A DNA stretch of 56,985 bases, from positions 1 to 56,985 of the forward strand of contig JANRJK010000012.1 of assembly GCA_033764015.1 (NCBI GenBank), read 5' to 3'. Made by a program: the position numbers and the translations under genes. How positions within the stretch are numbered: the first letter of the stretch is position 1; every line of letters begins with the position of its first letter. Of this stretch, positions 1-8,491 are shown piece after piece. Source of the stretch: Candidatus Sumerlaeia bacterium. GTDB taxonomy: Bacteria > Sumerlaeota > Sumerlaeia > SLMS01 > JANRJK01. The notes under the pieces are model-generated. The model did no database searches. It worked only from the letters and a program-made list of their open reading frames with translations, and was not told the origin of the DNA.

Positions 1-1
1 T

Positions 2-160
2 TCGCTTAGAGCAACCGCCGCAACGAACGCCCTGGAGCACCAAGCCGACATCGCGAAGGTCCAGGAGTGGCTCGGCCACGCCAACGTCAGCACGACGCGG
101 CTCTATGACCGGAGGCGGAGCAGGGTGGAGGAGTCGCCGACGTTCCGCGTGAGATTTTGA
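2..160 (+). CDS. Tyrosine recombinase/integrase, C-terminal end (5' truncated by window edge)
   Basis: Manual translation SLRATAATNALEHQADIAKVQEWLGHANVSTTRLYDRRRSRVEESPTFRVRF*. Contains the (H)xLR...LGH...TTxxY catalytic motifs of tyrosine recombinases; TGA at 158-160. Absent from the ORF track. Confidence 0.85.
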   Translation, partial: SLRATAATNALEHQADIAKVQEWLGHANVSTTRLYDRRRSRVEESPTFRVRF

Positions 161-329
161 CTTCCAGTATGGCAAGCAGAGGCTTAGTTATGGCATGCTC
201 CAGATGGGGGACGACGATGGTCTGAGAAATCGTGAAAAACGACTCTCGGTTGCTAGACCCCAAGGACATTACTCGGTCTTCTCCGTCTCGCGAGGACGCT
301 CGCCGCCTCGGCAAACATGGGTGTTCCGC

Positions 330-563
330 TGGCAGGCTTCGCCGCCTTCTTCCGCGCCCGCGCCATTGAGGTCGTCCCCCAGGCGCCCGGACCAAGAAGG
401 CTTAAAGCCGTTGCCCAAACACTGGATCGTCGACCGCACCTTCGCACGGCTCCTCCGCTGCCGCCGACTGGCCAAGGACCTTTAACGCACCATCTCGGGC
501 GCCCGCGCGCAGCTGCATGTGCGCATGATCGGCTTCATGCTCCGCAGGCTCGCGAGGGGGTAG
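330..563 (+). pseudogene. Degenerate IS5-family transposase C-terminal remnant
   Basis: ...IEVVP / RRPDQEGLKPLPKHWIVDRTFARLLRCRRLAKDL*RTISGARAQLHVRMIGFMLRRLARG* matches the IS5-family C-terminus (GF.PLP.RWVVERTFAWL.R.RRLAKDYE...MLRRLAR). Frameshift near 380 and premature TAA at 483-485. Left boundary approximate. Confidence 0.75.
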
Positions 564-607
564 GGAGGCTTTACGAATGGAATCTCAGCAAGGCCACCAC
601 GAAGAGA

Positions 608-880
608 CTATCGCTTCTCAGAGGATGACGAAGCAATATAGCCTAGTAGCAATTCATAGTCCGAAGCTTCATGGCCCAGCCGTTCTTCCAGTTCGAACCT
701 AGAAGGTAACCGCCAAAGATCGAAGGGGCTAATCTTCATCAAGACTTTGCTCCTCTCGCTTAACGTCATTTTCCTGAACCCCCTTTCCAATAGAACACTG
801 GACGCAAAGCGCTCGTATCTTGTCAACAACACGAGCATCAGGAACACACCTAGAACAGAGCCAAGGGCTTCGAGCAACAT
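608..880 (-). CDS. Small membrane-anchored hypothetical protein, candidate immunity protein
   Basis: 90 aa with an N-terminal hydrophobic helix; ATG 4 nt after the Rhs stop; low GC like the Rhs tip. Confidence 0.5.
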   Translation of the reverse strand: MLLEALGSVLGVFLMLVLLTRYERFASSVLLERGFRKMTLSERSKVLMKISPFDLWRLPSRFELEERLGHEASDYELLLGYIASSSSEKR

Positions 881-884
881 GATG

Positions 885-1679
885 CTAGTACCCTACCTTC
901 TTCTGGAGCCATCCCAGACTATAGGCAAGCTCACCGCCGACAACCAATCCTGACCCAAGGATAAGGTGCGGAAAGGAACCTATCCTAAGAGAGTTCACCT
1001 GGAGGCACCGGCCAGCCAAGTACATATGATGTGCGAAGTCCATGATCTCGTCTCCGGACGGAGAATCCCACACTACCGGGACAGGATACTTCTCTTCTTG
1101 GGGAGGCATAGGCCCGACGTAGTTCCCGTCCTCATAGTTTGGGTTCGGTGCTCCATTGATTGTAGGAGGCTCAGGAGGCACCCAAGTACACGCTCCAGGG
1201 GGCGACCAACCGTGACAGTTCCATTCTCCATTAGGACCGTCTGGCCCTCTACCTTCTGGATCGGTAAGCCTGTTGGGCTGACTTATCACAAAACCATACC
1301 GATGCTCCACCATCGGCGGAAACGGCACACTACTGCTAAACGCCCCCAACTTCCCATCATACCACCTTTGATACATATACACCACCCCCAGCTCCCCATC
1401 ATACTCCTTCGAGTTATGGTGCCAGCCTGCTTGGTCGCCGCCCCAAGTGTAGCTTTGCCAGTTGGCGACGGTGTTGCCGAAGGCGTCCTGTTCGTGGCGT
1501 TGGCCGAGGGTGCCTGCGGAGCAGGATTCTGATAGGACGGAGCCCACCTGGTCATAGTGGAACCAACGATCCGTCGCCGCGTACGTTGCACAATCCGTCG
1601 ACCGCTGCCGCCAGATATGCCCAATCACCCCGGGCCCGAGCGTCAAGTGCTCCGTCGTCATCGCCCTCGTGAATCGCAC
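885..1679 (-). CDS. Orphan Rhs repeat-associated core protein with variable C-terminal tip
   Basis: HYDQVGSV..., DAFGN, KEYDGELGVVYMYQRWYD...G.F and YGF...P...TDPEG are Rhs core motifs; about 120 aa of low-GC tip follows DPxG. Start uncertain. Confidence 0.8.
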   Translation of the reverse strand: MRFTRAMTTEHLTLGPGVIGHIWRQRSTDCATYAATDRWFHYDQVGSVLSESCSAGTLGQRHEQDAFGNTVANWQSYTWGGDQAGWHHNSKEYDGELGVVYMYQRWYDGKLGAFSSSVPFPPMVEHRYGFVISQPNRLTDPEGRGPDGPNGEWNCHGWSPPGACTWVPPEPPTINGAPNPNYEDGNYVGPMPPQEEKYPVPVVWDSPSGDEIMDFAHHMYLAGRCLQVNSLRIGSFPHLILGSGLVVGGELAYSLGWLQKKVGY

Positions 1680-1782
1680 GTCGTCGGCATCCTCCGTGGC
1701 GGCGAGGAAAGCGCGCCGGGTGGGGTTTCGGCAACGGGAATCGGGGACAGCCGGTGCGGAGCCCCGCGGTCCCGGTCGGGGG

Positions 1783-1992
1783 CTATTTCTGCCAGTCTTC
1801 CTTCGGCACTTCGTGCGGGTAGCCGCGCAGTTCCTCGAGCGCCTTGTTGCAGAGCCCCTGCACCTCGCGCAGCCGCGCGTCGAGCCGGTCGTCCGTCGCG
1901 ACCAGGTCGAGCGCCTCGACCGCTGCTTCGAGCGCGGTTTCGACGAGTTCCTGAGTGTGTCGCTTCTGCATCGGCGTGGTGCCCTCGTGCAT
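1783..1992 (-). CDS. Small acidic helical hypothetical protein
   Basis: 69 aa with amphipathic L/E/A-rich composition, unlike the R/P/G-rich shadow ORFs. Confidence 0.5.
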   Translation of the reverse strand: MHEGTTPMQKRHTQELVETALEAAVEALDLVATDDRLDARLREVQGLCNKALEELRGYPHEVPKEDWQK

Positions 1993-2105
1993 CGGTCTCT
2001 CGGGAGTCCGATGCTCCCGGCGACGTCATGGGCTAAAGCTGTGCCCGTCGAAGAAGAGCGCCAACAGCGAATCCCCGTTTGGCCCCCGGAAAAGTGTTTT
2101 AGCCG

Positions 2106-2834
2106 TCACATCCGGCCCACCCAGCAGCGCAGCAGCGTCCACACCGCCTCGAAGAAGTCGCGCCACCCGATCTTCTTCCCTTCCGCGTGCGTGCGGGCGA
2201 AGAACGTCACCGGCACTTCGTGGATGCGGTAGCCGAGGCGAAGCACCTTCGCGGTCACTTCCGGGCAGAACTCGAAGCGCTCGCACTTGAGCGGGATGCG
2301 GCGGAGCACCTCCGCGTCGAAGGCCTTGTAGGCGGTCGCCTCGTCCGTGATCACCTGGCCGTACATGAGCGTGACGGTCCACGCGAGGAGCCGGTTCGCC
2401 ACGTAGTTCGGCAGCCGCATCCCGGTGGGGTTCTTGCCGAGGAAGCGCGAGCCGTAGCTGACCTGGCAGCGGCGGTCGATGATCGGCTGGATGATGTCGG
2501 GGATCTCGCGGGGGTCGTACTCGAGATCGGCGTCCTGCACCAGGATGATGTCGCCGGTGGCGCGCTTGAAGCCGGTGCGGAGCGCGGCGCCCTTGCCGCG
2601 GTTGCGCTTGTGGAAGAGCACCGTGACGCCGGGCTTACCGGCCATGTTCGCCTTCAGCCACTGGCGCGTGCCGTCCTTCGAGCAGTCGTCGACCAGCACC
2701 AGCTCCAGCTCGAGCGGCATGGCGACCTCTCGGATGCGTTCGAGGACGACGGGGAGCAGGTGGAGCTCGTTGTAGATCGGGATGACGAGCGAGAGGCGGC
2801 GCATGGGCGCGAGTTCGGCGGAGGGTGCGGGCAT
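2106..2834 (-). CDS. Glycosyltransferase family 2, polyprenol-phosphate mannose synthase (DPM1)-like
   Basis: LSLVIPIYNE, VDDCSKDGT, NRGKGAAL, QDADLEYDP, GSRF and FEFCPEVTAK motifs; alternative start 2804. Confidence 0.92.
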   Translation of the reverse strand: MPAPSAELAPMRRLSLVIPIYNELHLLPVVLERIREVAMPLELELVLVDDCSKDGTRQWLKANMAGKPGVTVLFHKRNRGKGAALRTGFKRATGDIILVQDADLEYDPREIPDIIQPIIDRRCQVSYGSRFLGKNPTGMRLPNYVANRLLAWTVTLMYGQVITDEATAYKAFDAEVLRRIPLKCERFEFCPEVTAKVLRLGYRIHEVPVTFFARTHAEGKKIGWRDFFEAVWTLLRCWVGRM

Positions 2835-2852
2835 CGGTGGGTCTCGCGGGGG

Positions 2853-4409
2853 CTAGAGGGGGCAGTGGCCGTGCGGCGCGGTGACGGCGAGGATCGTGGG
2901 CACGATCCGTTCCCGCCCGCCGTCGTCGGAGGGGTAGCTGACGACGCCGCGGGCGAGTCCCCCGGTGATGGCGTCGCCGGGATGGGCTCCTTCGATGGCG
3001 AGCACCGCGGAGCCGCCGCCGTCGAGGTTGAGCGCCTCGCGGGCGCCGCGCAGCTCGCACAGCTTCGCGAGCCCTTCCAGGCGCAGGCCGGCGCTGTGCT
3101 CCGCGGCGCGCCGGCCGTCCACCACCAGCAGGCGCCAGCCCCCTTCGCGCAGGCAGAGCGCGGCGCGCGGCGCCGGCGAATCCTCCGCGCCGTGGCGGAA
3201 CCGCATCGGCGGCGGGCCCTGCGGGTGGAACTCGCCCGCCGCGCCGCGCGAGAAGATCTCGTCCCGCGCAAGCGCGCGCCCGTCGCGGACCAGCACCGGG
3301 CCGGCGGCGAAGGCGCTCACCGCCGCCTCCAGCTCCGCGTCCAGCCCCAGCTCGTGCGACGGCGGGCGGCGCACCGGCTCCTCCGAGTGCGCGAGCACGT
3401 GGCGGGCGGGCTCGCCGGTGAGCCACACCAGGGCGCCGCCGACCGGCGGCCGCTGGCCGCGCTTCGCCGCGCCCCAGCCCACCAGCACCTTGCCGGAGAA
3501 CACCAGCGCCGCCGCGTCGTGCGGCGGGTTGGGCCGCCGCTCCGGCGCGTCCCACGCCAGCCACACCGCGCCGTGCGGCGCGTCCGGCTGGTCCGAGCCC
3601 CGGTGCAGCGGCACCGCGAAGCCGCCCACCTCGAGGCGGACCGCCCCGGGCCCGACCATCGCCAAGCGGCCCCCGCCGCGCCCCGACTCGATGAAGCAGG
3701 GCCGCTCCACCCAGGGCGGCATCACGAAATCCTCGGAGGTCTTCAGAAGGCCGACCGGCTGGTGCAGCGCCGAGTGGCCGTCCTCGAACTCCTCGGGGAA
3801 GTTCAGGAAGAAGCCCGCGGGCAGCGCGGCGATCACGTCGGGCCGCGCCAGCGCCAGGCGCGAGGGCGGCATCGCGGGCAGCCACCGGGCGATCCCCGCG
3901 CGCCCCGTCGGGTTGTGCCCGGGCGCCACGAACGCCGGCAGCGGATGCAGCCGCTCCTCGAGCGAGTGCAGGTGCTGCAGCGTCTGGTCCGCGCCGGATT
4001 CCGCCGCGAGCGTCCCCGCCACGCGCCAGCCCTCGCTGACCCATGCGTTCAGCAGCGGCGCCGTGCCGACGTAGAGGCGCGGCTCGCGCAGGCCGCCGCT
4101 CGTGCGGAACTCCGCGGAGGCCCACCGCGTCGCCCAGTACGCGTCCTCGATCTCCTCCGTGTCGCACAGGTGCGTGTGGTCCAGCGCGAACACCGGTTCC
4201 AGGCTCGCCACGTTCGCGTCCGCCTCGATCTCGTTCACGCAGAGGCGCTCCGGGCGGTCGGAGCGCTCCGGGTGGAAGCGCAGGCGGCAGCGGCGCCAGA
4301 GGACGCCGGGCGCCAGCTCGCGCTCCTGCTCCTCCTCCACCTCGACCTCGCGCGTGCGGCGCAGGGGTTCGCCCAGCACCGACTCGAGGACTTCCCGCTC
4401 GGTGATCAT
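2853..4409 (-). CDS. Phosphodiester glycosidase (NAGPA/DUF2233) family protein
   Basis: AGPVLVRDG, PRAA, LLVVDGR...SAGL and ALNLDGGGS...YPSD motifs; ATGA overlap with the upstream eutN-like gene. Confidence 0.8.
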   Translation of the reverse strand: MITEREVLESVLGEPLRRTREVEVEEEQERELAPGVLWRRCRLRFHPERSDRPERLCVNEIEADANVASLEPVFALDHTHLCDTEEIEDAYWATRWASAEFRTSGGLREPRLYVGTAPLLNAWVSEGWRVAGTLAAESGADQTLQHLHSLEERLHPLPAFVAPGHNPTGRAGIARWLPAMPPSRLALARPDVIAALPAGFFLNFPEEFEDGHSALHQPVGLLKTSEDFVMPPWVERPCFIESGRGGGRLAMVGPGAVRLEVGGFAVPLHRGSDQPDAPHGAVWLAWDAPERRPNPPHDAAALVFSGKVLVGWGAAKRGQRPPVGGALVWLTGEPARHVLAHSEEPVRRPPSHELGLDAELEAAVSAFAAGPVLVRDGRALARDEIFSRGAAGEFHPQGPPPMRFRHGAEDSPAPRAALCLREGGWRLLVVDGRRAAEHSAGLRLEGLAKLCELRGAREALNLDGGGSAVLAIEGAHPGDAITGGLARGVVSYPSDDGGRERIVPTILAVTAPHGHCPL

Positions 4410-4726
4410 GGGCGCCCTTCGCCGCGCGGCGGGACGCTGATTCCGATGGTGCGCCCGCCGCCGACGGAGACCTCGTCCACCACGCCCATCAGCATCTCGT
4501 TGATCGGCGCCTTCTCGATCTTGAAGACCACCGAGGCGAGGCCCGGCGCCGCGCCCATCAGCACCGTGTCGCCCACGCCGGCGCCGACATAGTCGATCGC
4601 CATGGTGCCCGGCCCCGCCGGCGCGCCGTCCGGATGGAGCGGCTGCACCAGCAGCAGCGTCCGCGCCTCGAAGGCCGGGAGCTTGTCGCTCGAGACGACG
4701 GTGCCGACGACGCGGGCCAGCTTCAC
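4406..4726 (-). CDS. eutN: EutN/CcmL family microcompartment vertex protein (BMC-P), copy 2
   Basis: GTG start at 4726 overlapping the upstream TGA; KLARVVGTVVSS.K...LLLVQP...AIDYVGAGVGDTVL...MGVVD. Confidence 0.9.
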   Translation of the reverse strand: MKLARVVGTVVSSDKLPAFEARTLLLVQPLHPDGAPAGPGTMAIDYVGAGVGDTVLMGAAPGLASVVFKIEKAPINEMLMGVVDEVSVGGGRTIGISVPPRGEGRP

Positions 4727-5016
4727 GCGAACACCTCGGACGTGCCGTCCTCGCGGTCCAACCGGTCCACCTGCCCGCCGATGGCGCAATCGACCGGCGG
4801 CAGATGGTCGCCGGGATGCGCGAACATGGCGTCGCCGCTGCGGACCAGGTAGACGATCTCGCCGCGGTTGCGGTTCGTCGCGTCGAGCGCGACCACGGGC
4901 CCGCCCACCGGCTTCAGCGCGCTGTCCAGCGGCTGCACCAGGGCGAGCTTGTACCCCGCCAGCGCCGGATCGCGCTGCGTCGCCACCACCGTCCCGACCA
5001 CCCGCGCCAAGTCCAT
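4723..5016 (-). CDS. eutN: EutN/CcmL family microcompartment vertex protein (BMC-P), copy 1
   Basis: ATG at 5016 (TGATG overlap with larB); MDLARVVGTVVATQRDPAL.GYKL.LVQP...VALD...GEIV...PVDCAIGG.VD. Confidence 0.9.
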   Translation of the reverse strand: MDLARVVGTVVATQRDPALAGYKLALVQPLDSALKPVGGPVVALDATNRNRGEIVYLVRSGDAMFAHPGDHLPPVDCAIGGQVDRLDREDGTSEVFA

Positions 5017-5780
5017 CAGCCCGCCACCCCGTCGCCGAGCGCGTTGATGGCGTCGGCGAGGTAACCCGCGCCGAAGCCGTTGTCGATGTTCACGACGGCG
5101 ATCCCCGGTGCGCAACTGCTCAACATCGTAAGCAGCGGCGCCACGCCGCCCAGGTGCGCGCCGTAGCCAACGCTCGTCGGCACGGCGATGACCGGCGCCT
5201 TGACCAGCCCGGCGACCACGCTGGGCAGCGCGCCCTCCATGCCGGCGACCACCACCAGCACCCGCGCGCGGCGCAGCAGGTCGCTCCGCCCCAGCAGCCG
5301 GTGCAGCCCCGCCACGCCGACGTCCGCCGCCAGTTCGACCGGGCTGCCGTGGAACTCCGCCGTGAGCGCCGCCTCGCGCGCCACCGGCAGGTCCGTGGTC
5401 CCCGCGCAGAGCACCGCGACCAGCCCGCTCCGCCGGGGGACCGGGCGCGGCATGATGCGCAGCAGCCGCGCGTCCTCCGCGTAATCGAGCGGCAACCCCG
5501 CCAGCAGCGGCTCCACCTCGCGGAACGCTTCGGCGGAAATGCGCGTGGCGATGACGTTCTGGCCCGCTTCGAGGAGCCGGCGGGCGATGCGGGCTACTTG
5601 GTCGGGCGTCTTGCCTTCGCCATAGATCGCCTCGGGGCGTCCGCGGCGCGCCTCGCGGGCGAGGTCGAGCGCCGCGTCGCCGAGCTGGGCCAGCTCGACT
5701 TCCGGCAGCCGCGCCGCCGCCTCGGCGGGGGAGAGCTCCCCCCGCGCGACCGCTTCGAACAGGCGTTCGACCGCGCTCAA
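5016..5780 (-). CDS. larB: Nickel-pincer cofactor biosynthesis protein LarB
   Basis: R.RRG.PEAIYGEGKT, AGTTDLPVA.EA, DVGVAGLHRL, VAGMEGALPSVV.GL, IAVPTSVGYG, ML.SC.PG..VVNIDNGFGA. TTG start at 5780 overlaps the upstream TGA. Confidence 0.93.
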   Translation of the reverse strand: MSAVERLFEAVARGELSPAEAAARLPEVELAQLGDAALDLAREARRGRPEAIYGEGKTPDQVARIARRLLEAGQNVIATRISAEAFREVEPLLAGLPLDYAEDARLLRIMPRPVPRRSGLVAVLCAGTTDLPVAREAALTAEFHGSPVELAADVGVAGLHRLLGRSDLLRRARVLVVVAGMEGALPSVVAGLVKAPVIAVPTSVGYGAHLGGVAPLLTMLSSCAPGIAVVNIDNGFGAGYLADAINALGDGVAG

Positions 5781-5947
5781 CGGCGCCTCCCGTAGTCCCA
5801 CGCGAACCACGCGCAGGGGCCGATGAACGGCACCACGAGGATTCCCGTGATCCAGAGGAACTTGTGGGCGAAGGAGAGCGGACGCGAGAGCACCGCGCTG
5901 ATCGCTAGGATCGCGAGCGCGATGCCGATGGCGAATTTGAGGTCCAA
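5777..5947 (-). CDS. Small membrane protein, PLD nuclease N-terminal (PLDc_N)-like
   Basis: Manual translation MDLKFAIGIALAILAISAVLSRPLSFAHKFLWITGILVVPFIGPCAWFAWDYGRRR* (56 aa, below the track cutoff). K..W...I...PFIG...W pattern; fills the dnaJ-larB gap with a TTGA overlap. Confidence 0.75.
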   Translation of the reverse strand: MDLKFAIGIALAILAISAVLSRPLSFAHKFLWITGILVVPFIGPCAWFAWDYGRRR

Positions 5948-5960
5948 GGGCGCGCCCGCC

Positions 5961-7106
5961 TTAGCGGAAGATGTCCTTGATGGTTTCCTTCACGGAATCG
6001 AAGAAGCCCCCCTCGTGCGCCGGGGGCGCGTCGCCGAACTCCCCGGCCAGCTCCGTCAGCAGCTCGCGCTGCCGCTCCGTCAGCTTCTTGGGCACTTGCA
6101 CGGCGATGCGCACGTACTGGTCGCCGAACGCCTCCGAGTTGGGCCCGGACGGCATCCCCTTGCGGGGCAGCTTGAAGACCGTGTGCGAGGCGGTGCCGGC
6201 GGGGATCTCCAGCTCCTCCTCGCCGTGCAGCGTGGGCACGGCGATCTTCGCGCCGAGCGTCGCCTGCGTGTAGTGCACCGCCCGCTCGAAGAGGATGTTC
6301 GCCCCGTCGCGGACGAAGCGTTTGTCCTCCTTCACCTCGATGGCGAGCATCAGGTCGCCGCGCTCGCCCTTGCCGCCGGGGGCGTCCTCGCCCTCGCCGC
6401 GCAGGCGGAGCATCATGCCCGAATCGACGCCCTTCGGAATCGTGACGGTGACGGAGCGGCGGCGCTCCGCCAGCCCGCGCCCGTGGCAGGAGTCGCAGAC
6501 CTGCTCGATGCGCTGGCCGGACCCGCCGCAGACGTTGCACGGCGCCGTGAGGACGAAGAAGCCCTGCTGGACGCGGCGCTGCCCCGCGCCGCCGCAGGCG
6601 GAGCAGCGGCCGATCTTCGAGCCCGGCGCGGCGCCGTTGCCCGCGCAGGTCTCGCACACCTCGAGGCGGTTGTAGGAGACCTCGACCTCCTTGCCGGTGA
6701 ACGCCTCCTCGAGCGTGAGGCGCACGGAGGCGCGCACGTCGCGCCCGCGGGGGCGTCCGCCGCGGCCCTGGCGCCCGCCGAAGAACGCCCCGAACAGGCT
6801 GCCGAAGATGTCCTCCACGTCCGAGGCGTGCGTGAAGTCCGACCAGTCGAAGTTGCCGTCGTGGCCGAAGGCCGTCTTCACGCCCTCATGGCCGAAGCGG
6901 TCGTAGCGGGCGCGCTTGTCGGCGTCGCTCAGGACCTCGTACGCCTCGCTCGCCTCTTTGAACTTTTCGGCGGCCTCTTCCGAATTCTCGGGATTCCGGT
7001 CCGGATGGTACTGCATCGCCTTGGCGCGGAACGCCTTCTTGATCTCGGCCGGGTCGGCGGTCTTCTGGACGCCTAGGACCTCGTAGTAGTCGCGCTTAGC
7101 GGTCAT
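5961..7106 (-). CDS. dnaJ: Molecular chaperone DnaJ
   Basis: [13 protein letters not shown] motif, G/F region, four CxxCxGxG repeats and C-terminal domain. Confidence 0.97.
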   Translation of the reverse strand: MTAKRDYYEVLGVQKTADPAEIKKAFRAKAMQYHPDRNPENSEEAAEKFKEASEAYEVLSDADKRARYDRFGHEGVKTAFGHDGNFDWSDFTHASDVEDIFGSLFGAFFGGRQGRGGRPRGRDVRASVRLTLEEAFTGKEVEVSYNRLEVCETCAGNGAAPGSKIGRCSACGGAGQRRVQQGFFVLTAPCNVCGGSGQRIEQVCDSCHGRGLAERRRSVTVTIPKGVDSGMMLRLRGEGEDAPGGKGERGDLMLAIEVKEDKRFVRDGANILFERAVHYTQATLGAKIAVPTLHGEEELEIPAGTASHTVFKLPRKGMPSGPNSEAFGDQYVRIAVQVPKKLTERQRELLTELAGEFGDAPPAHEGGFFDSVKETIKDIFR

Positions 7107-7321
7107 GGACACCTTGCAAGTGTAGCCGAATGCGCCGCCCGGAAGCTGTCGGGAAGCCAATCCGGCCCCGGAATCGCTCCCCGGGGCCGGGGACAGGCAA
7201 CGCGGCGGCAAGCCGGGTGCCAAGCGCCGATTTCCCGTCGCCCGTTTGGCGCGCCCGTTGCCCTCCCAGCCTCACCGAGGGGATTCTCCGTAATCCTCGC
7301 GCAATCCAAAGGGGCATCTCC

Positions 7322-8218
7322 ATGACTATCCGCTACCTGATCCTCGGCGCGGTCGCCGGGCTCGCCGTGCTCGGCGGCTGCGCGCGCTACACGCCGCCGC
7401 CGCGCGATCCCGAACTCGAGGCGCGCATCATCGCGCTCGAGAACCAGCTCGCCGCCGAGCGCGCCGCGCGCATCGAGCGCGAGAACACCGCGCAGCGCCT
7501 GGCGGACACCGAGGCGCAGCTCGCCCGCATCGTCCAGGTCCTCGAACAGTCCGACTCCGCCAAGCCGACGGAAACACCCGTCGCGCCGGACACCCCGGCG
7601 ACCGCGCCGGTGGTCCTCACCACGCCCGACCCGCGGCTCACCGCCGCCGCCTGGGGGAACTGGCACCGCAACTTCTACAAGAAGTTCGTCGCCAAGCTCG
7701 ACGAAGCCGCCGCGACCCCCGCTCCGAAGGACGATGTCGGATTCATCGGCGACACGCTGCCGCAAACCCGCTTCCTCGGCCCCACCGGCGAGATCGTCGA
7801 CCTCGATTCCTTCCGCGGGGAGAAGAACGTGGTGCTCGTCTTCATGCGCGGCTTCTCCGGCAGCGTGTGCATCGGCTGCTCCACGCAGATGGTCTCGCTC
7901 GCGCGGCACGCGGACGACTTCGCCCACCGCGACACGCAGGTGCTGATCGTCTACCCCGGCGAGGCGTCCTCCGTGCCGCAGTTCATCAAGGCGGTGCAAA
8001 GCCTCGACGGCGGCTTCGAGCTGCCGTACCCGATCCTCCTCGATGTGAACCTCAAGGCGGTGAAGTCCTTCATGATCGAAGGCAGCCTCGCGAAGCCCAC
8101 CTCCCTCATCATCGACAAGCAGGGCGTCGTCCGCTGGGCCTACGTGGGGAAGCGCTTCGACGACCGCCCCTCGACGATCACGCTGCTCGGCGAACTGGAC
8201 CGGTTGAACTCGAACTGA
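7322..8218 (+). CDS. Redoxin/AhpC-TSA domain lipoprotein with N-terminal coiled coil
   Basis: Lipobox-like LAVLGGC, coiled coil, Pro/Thr linker, VVLVF.RG....CIGC and P.SLIIDKQGVVRW.Y. Confidence 0.8.
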   Translation: MTIRYLILGAVAGLAVLGGCARYTPPPRDPELEARIIALENQLAAERAARIERENTAQRLADTEAQLARIVQVLEQSDSAKPTETPVAPDTPATAPVVLTTPDPRLTAAAWGNWHRNFYKKFVAKLDEAAATPAPKDDVGFIGDTLPQTRFLGPTGEIVDLDSFRGEKNVVLVFMRGFSGSVCIGCSTQMVSLARHADDFAHRDTQVLIVYPGEASSVPQFIKAVQSLDGGFELPYPILLDVNLKAVKSFMIEGSLAKPTSLIIDKQGVVRWAYVGKRFDDRPSTITLLGELDRLNSN

Positions 8219-8235
8219 CCGGCGTTCCGCGCCGC

Positions 8236-8276
8236 ACACCCCGCCGGGCCTAGGTGCCCGTCGGGGTGTTCATTTT
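8236..8276 (+). terminator. Probable intrinsic terminator after the redoxin gene
   Basis: ACACCCCGcCGGGC-ctaggt-GCCCGtCGGGGTGT followed by TCATTTT. Confidence 0.6.
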
Positions 8277-8491
8277 GGAGGGGGGATGTGCGGCGATCCG
8301 CACGCGTGCGGGTTTCCGCACGGCGTGTTGGGTAAGCAAGGTGGCATCGAGAGCGCCGAGGATCGGTGCTGGAATCTTGCAAGCCTAATCACCACAACAG
8401 TCGGTGGTGAATGCGTGGGGGGCGGAGCCGCGGCAGGGCGCTTGCACTAGGCGTCCCGTAGTTACTGGCACACCCGAACGAGGTTGGCAAC

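Noticed and set aside
222..588. Possible terminal inverted repeats of the IS5 remnant (CTGAGAAATCGTG vs the reverse complement of ACGAATGGAATCTCAG)
   Set aside because: Similarity is too weak and gapped to call.
7107..7321. CIRCE or HAIR heat-shock operator upstream of dnaJ
   Set aside because: No TTAGCACTC-N9-GAGTGCTAA or CTTGAGT-N7-ACTCAAG match.
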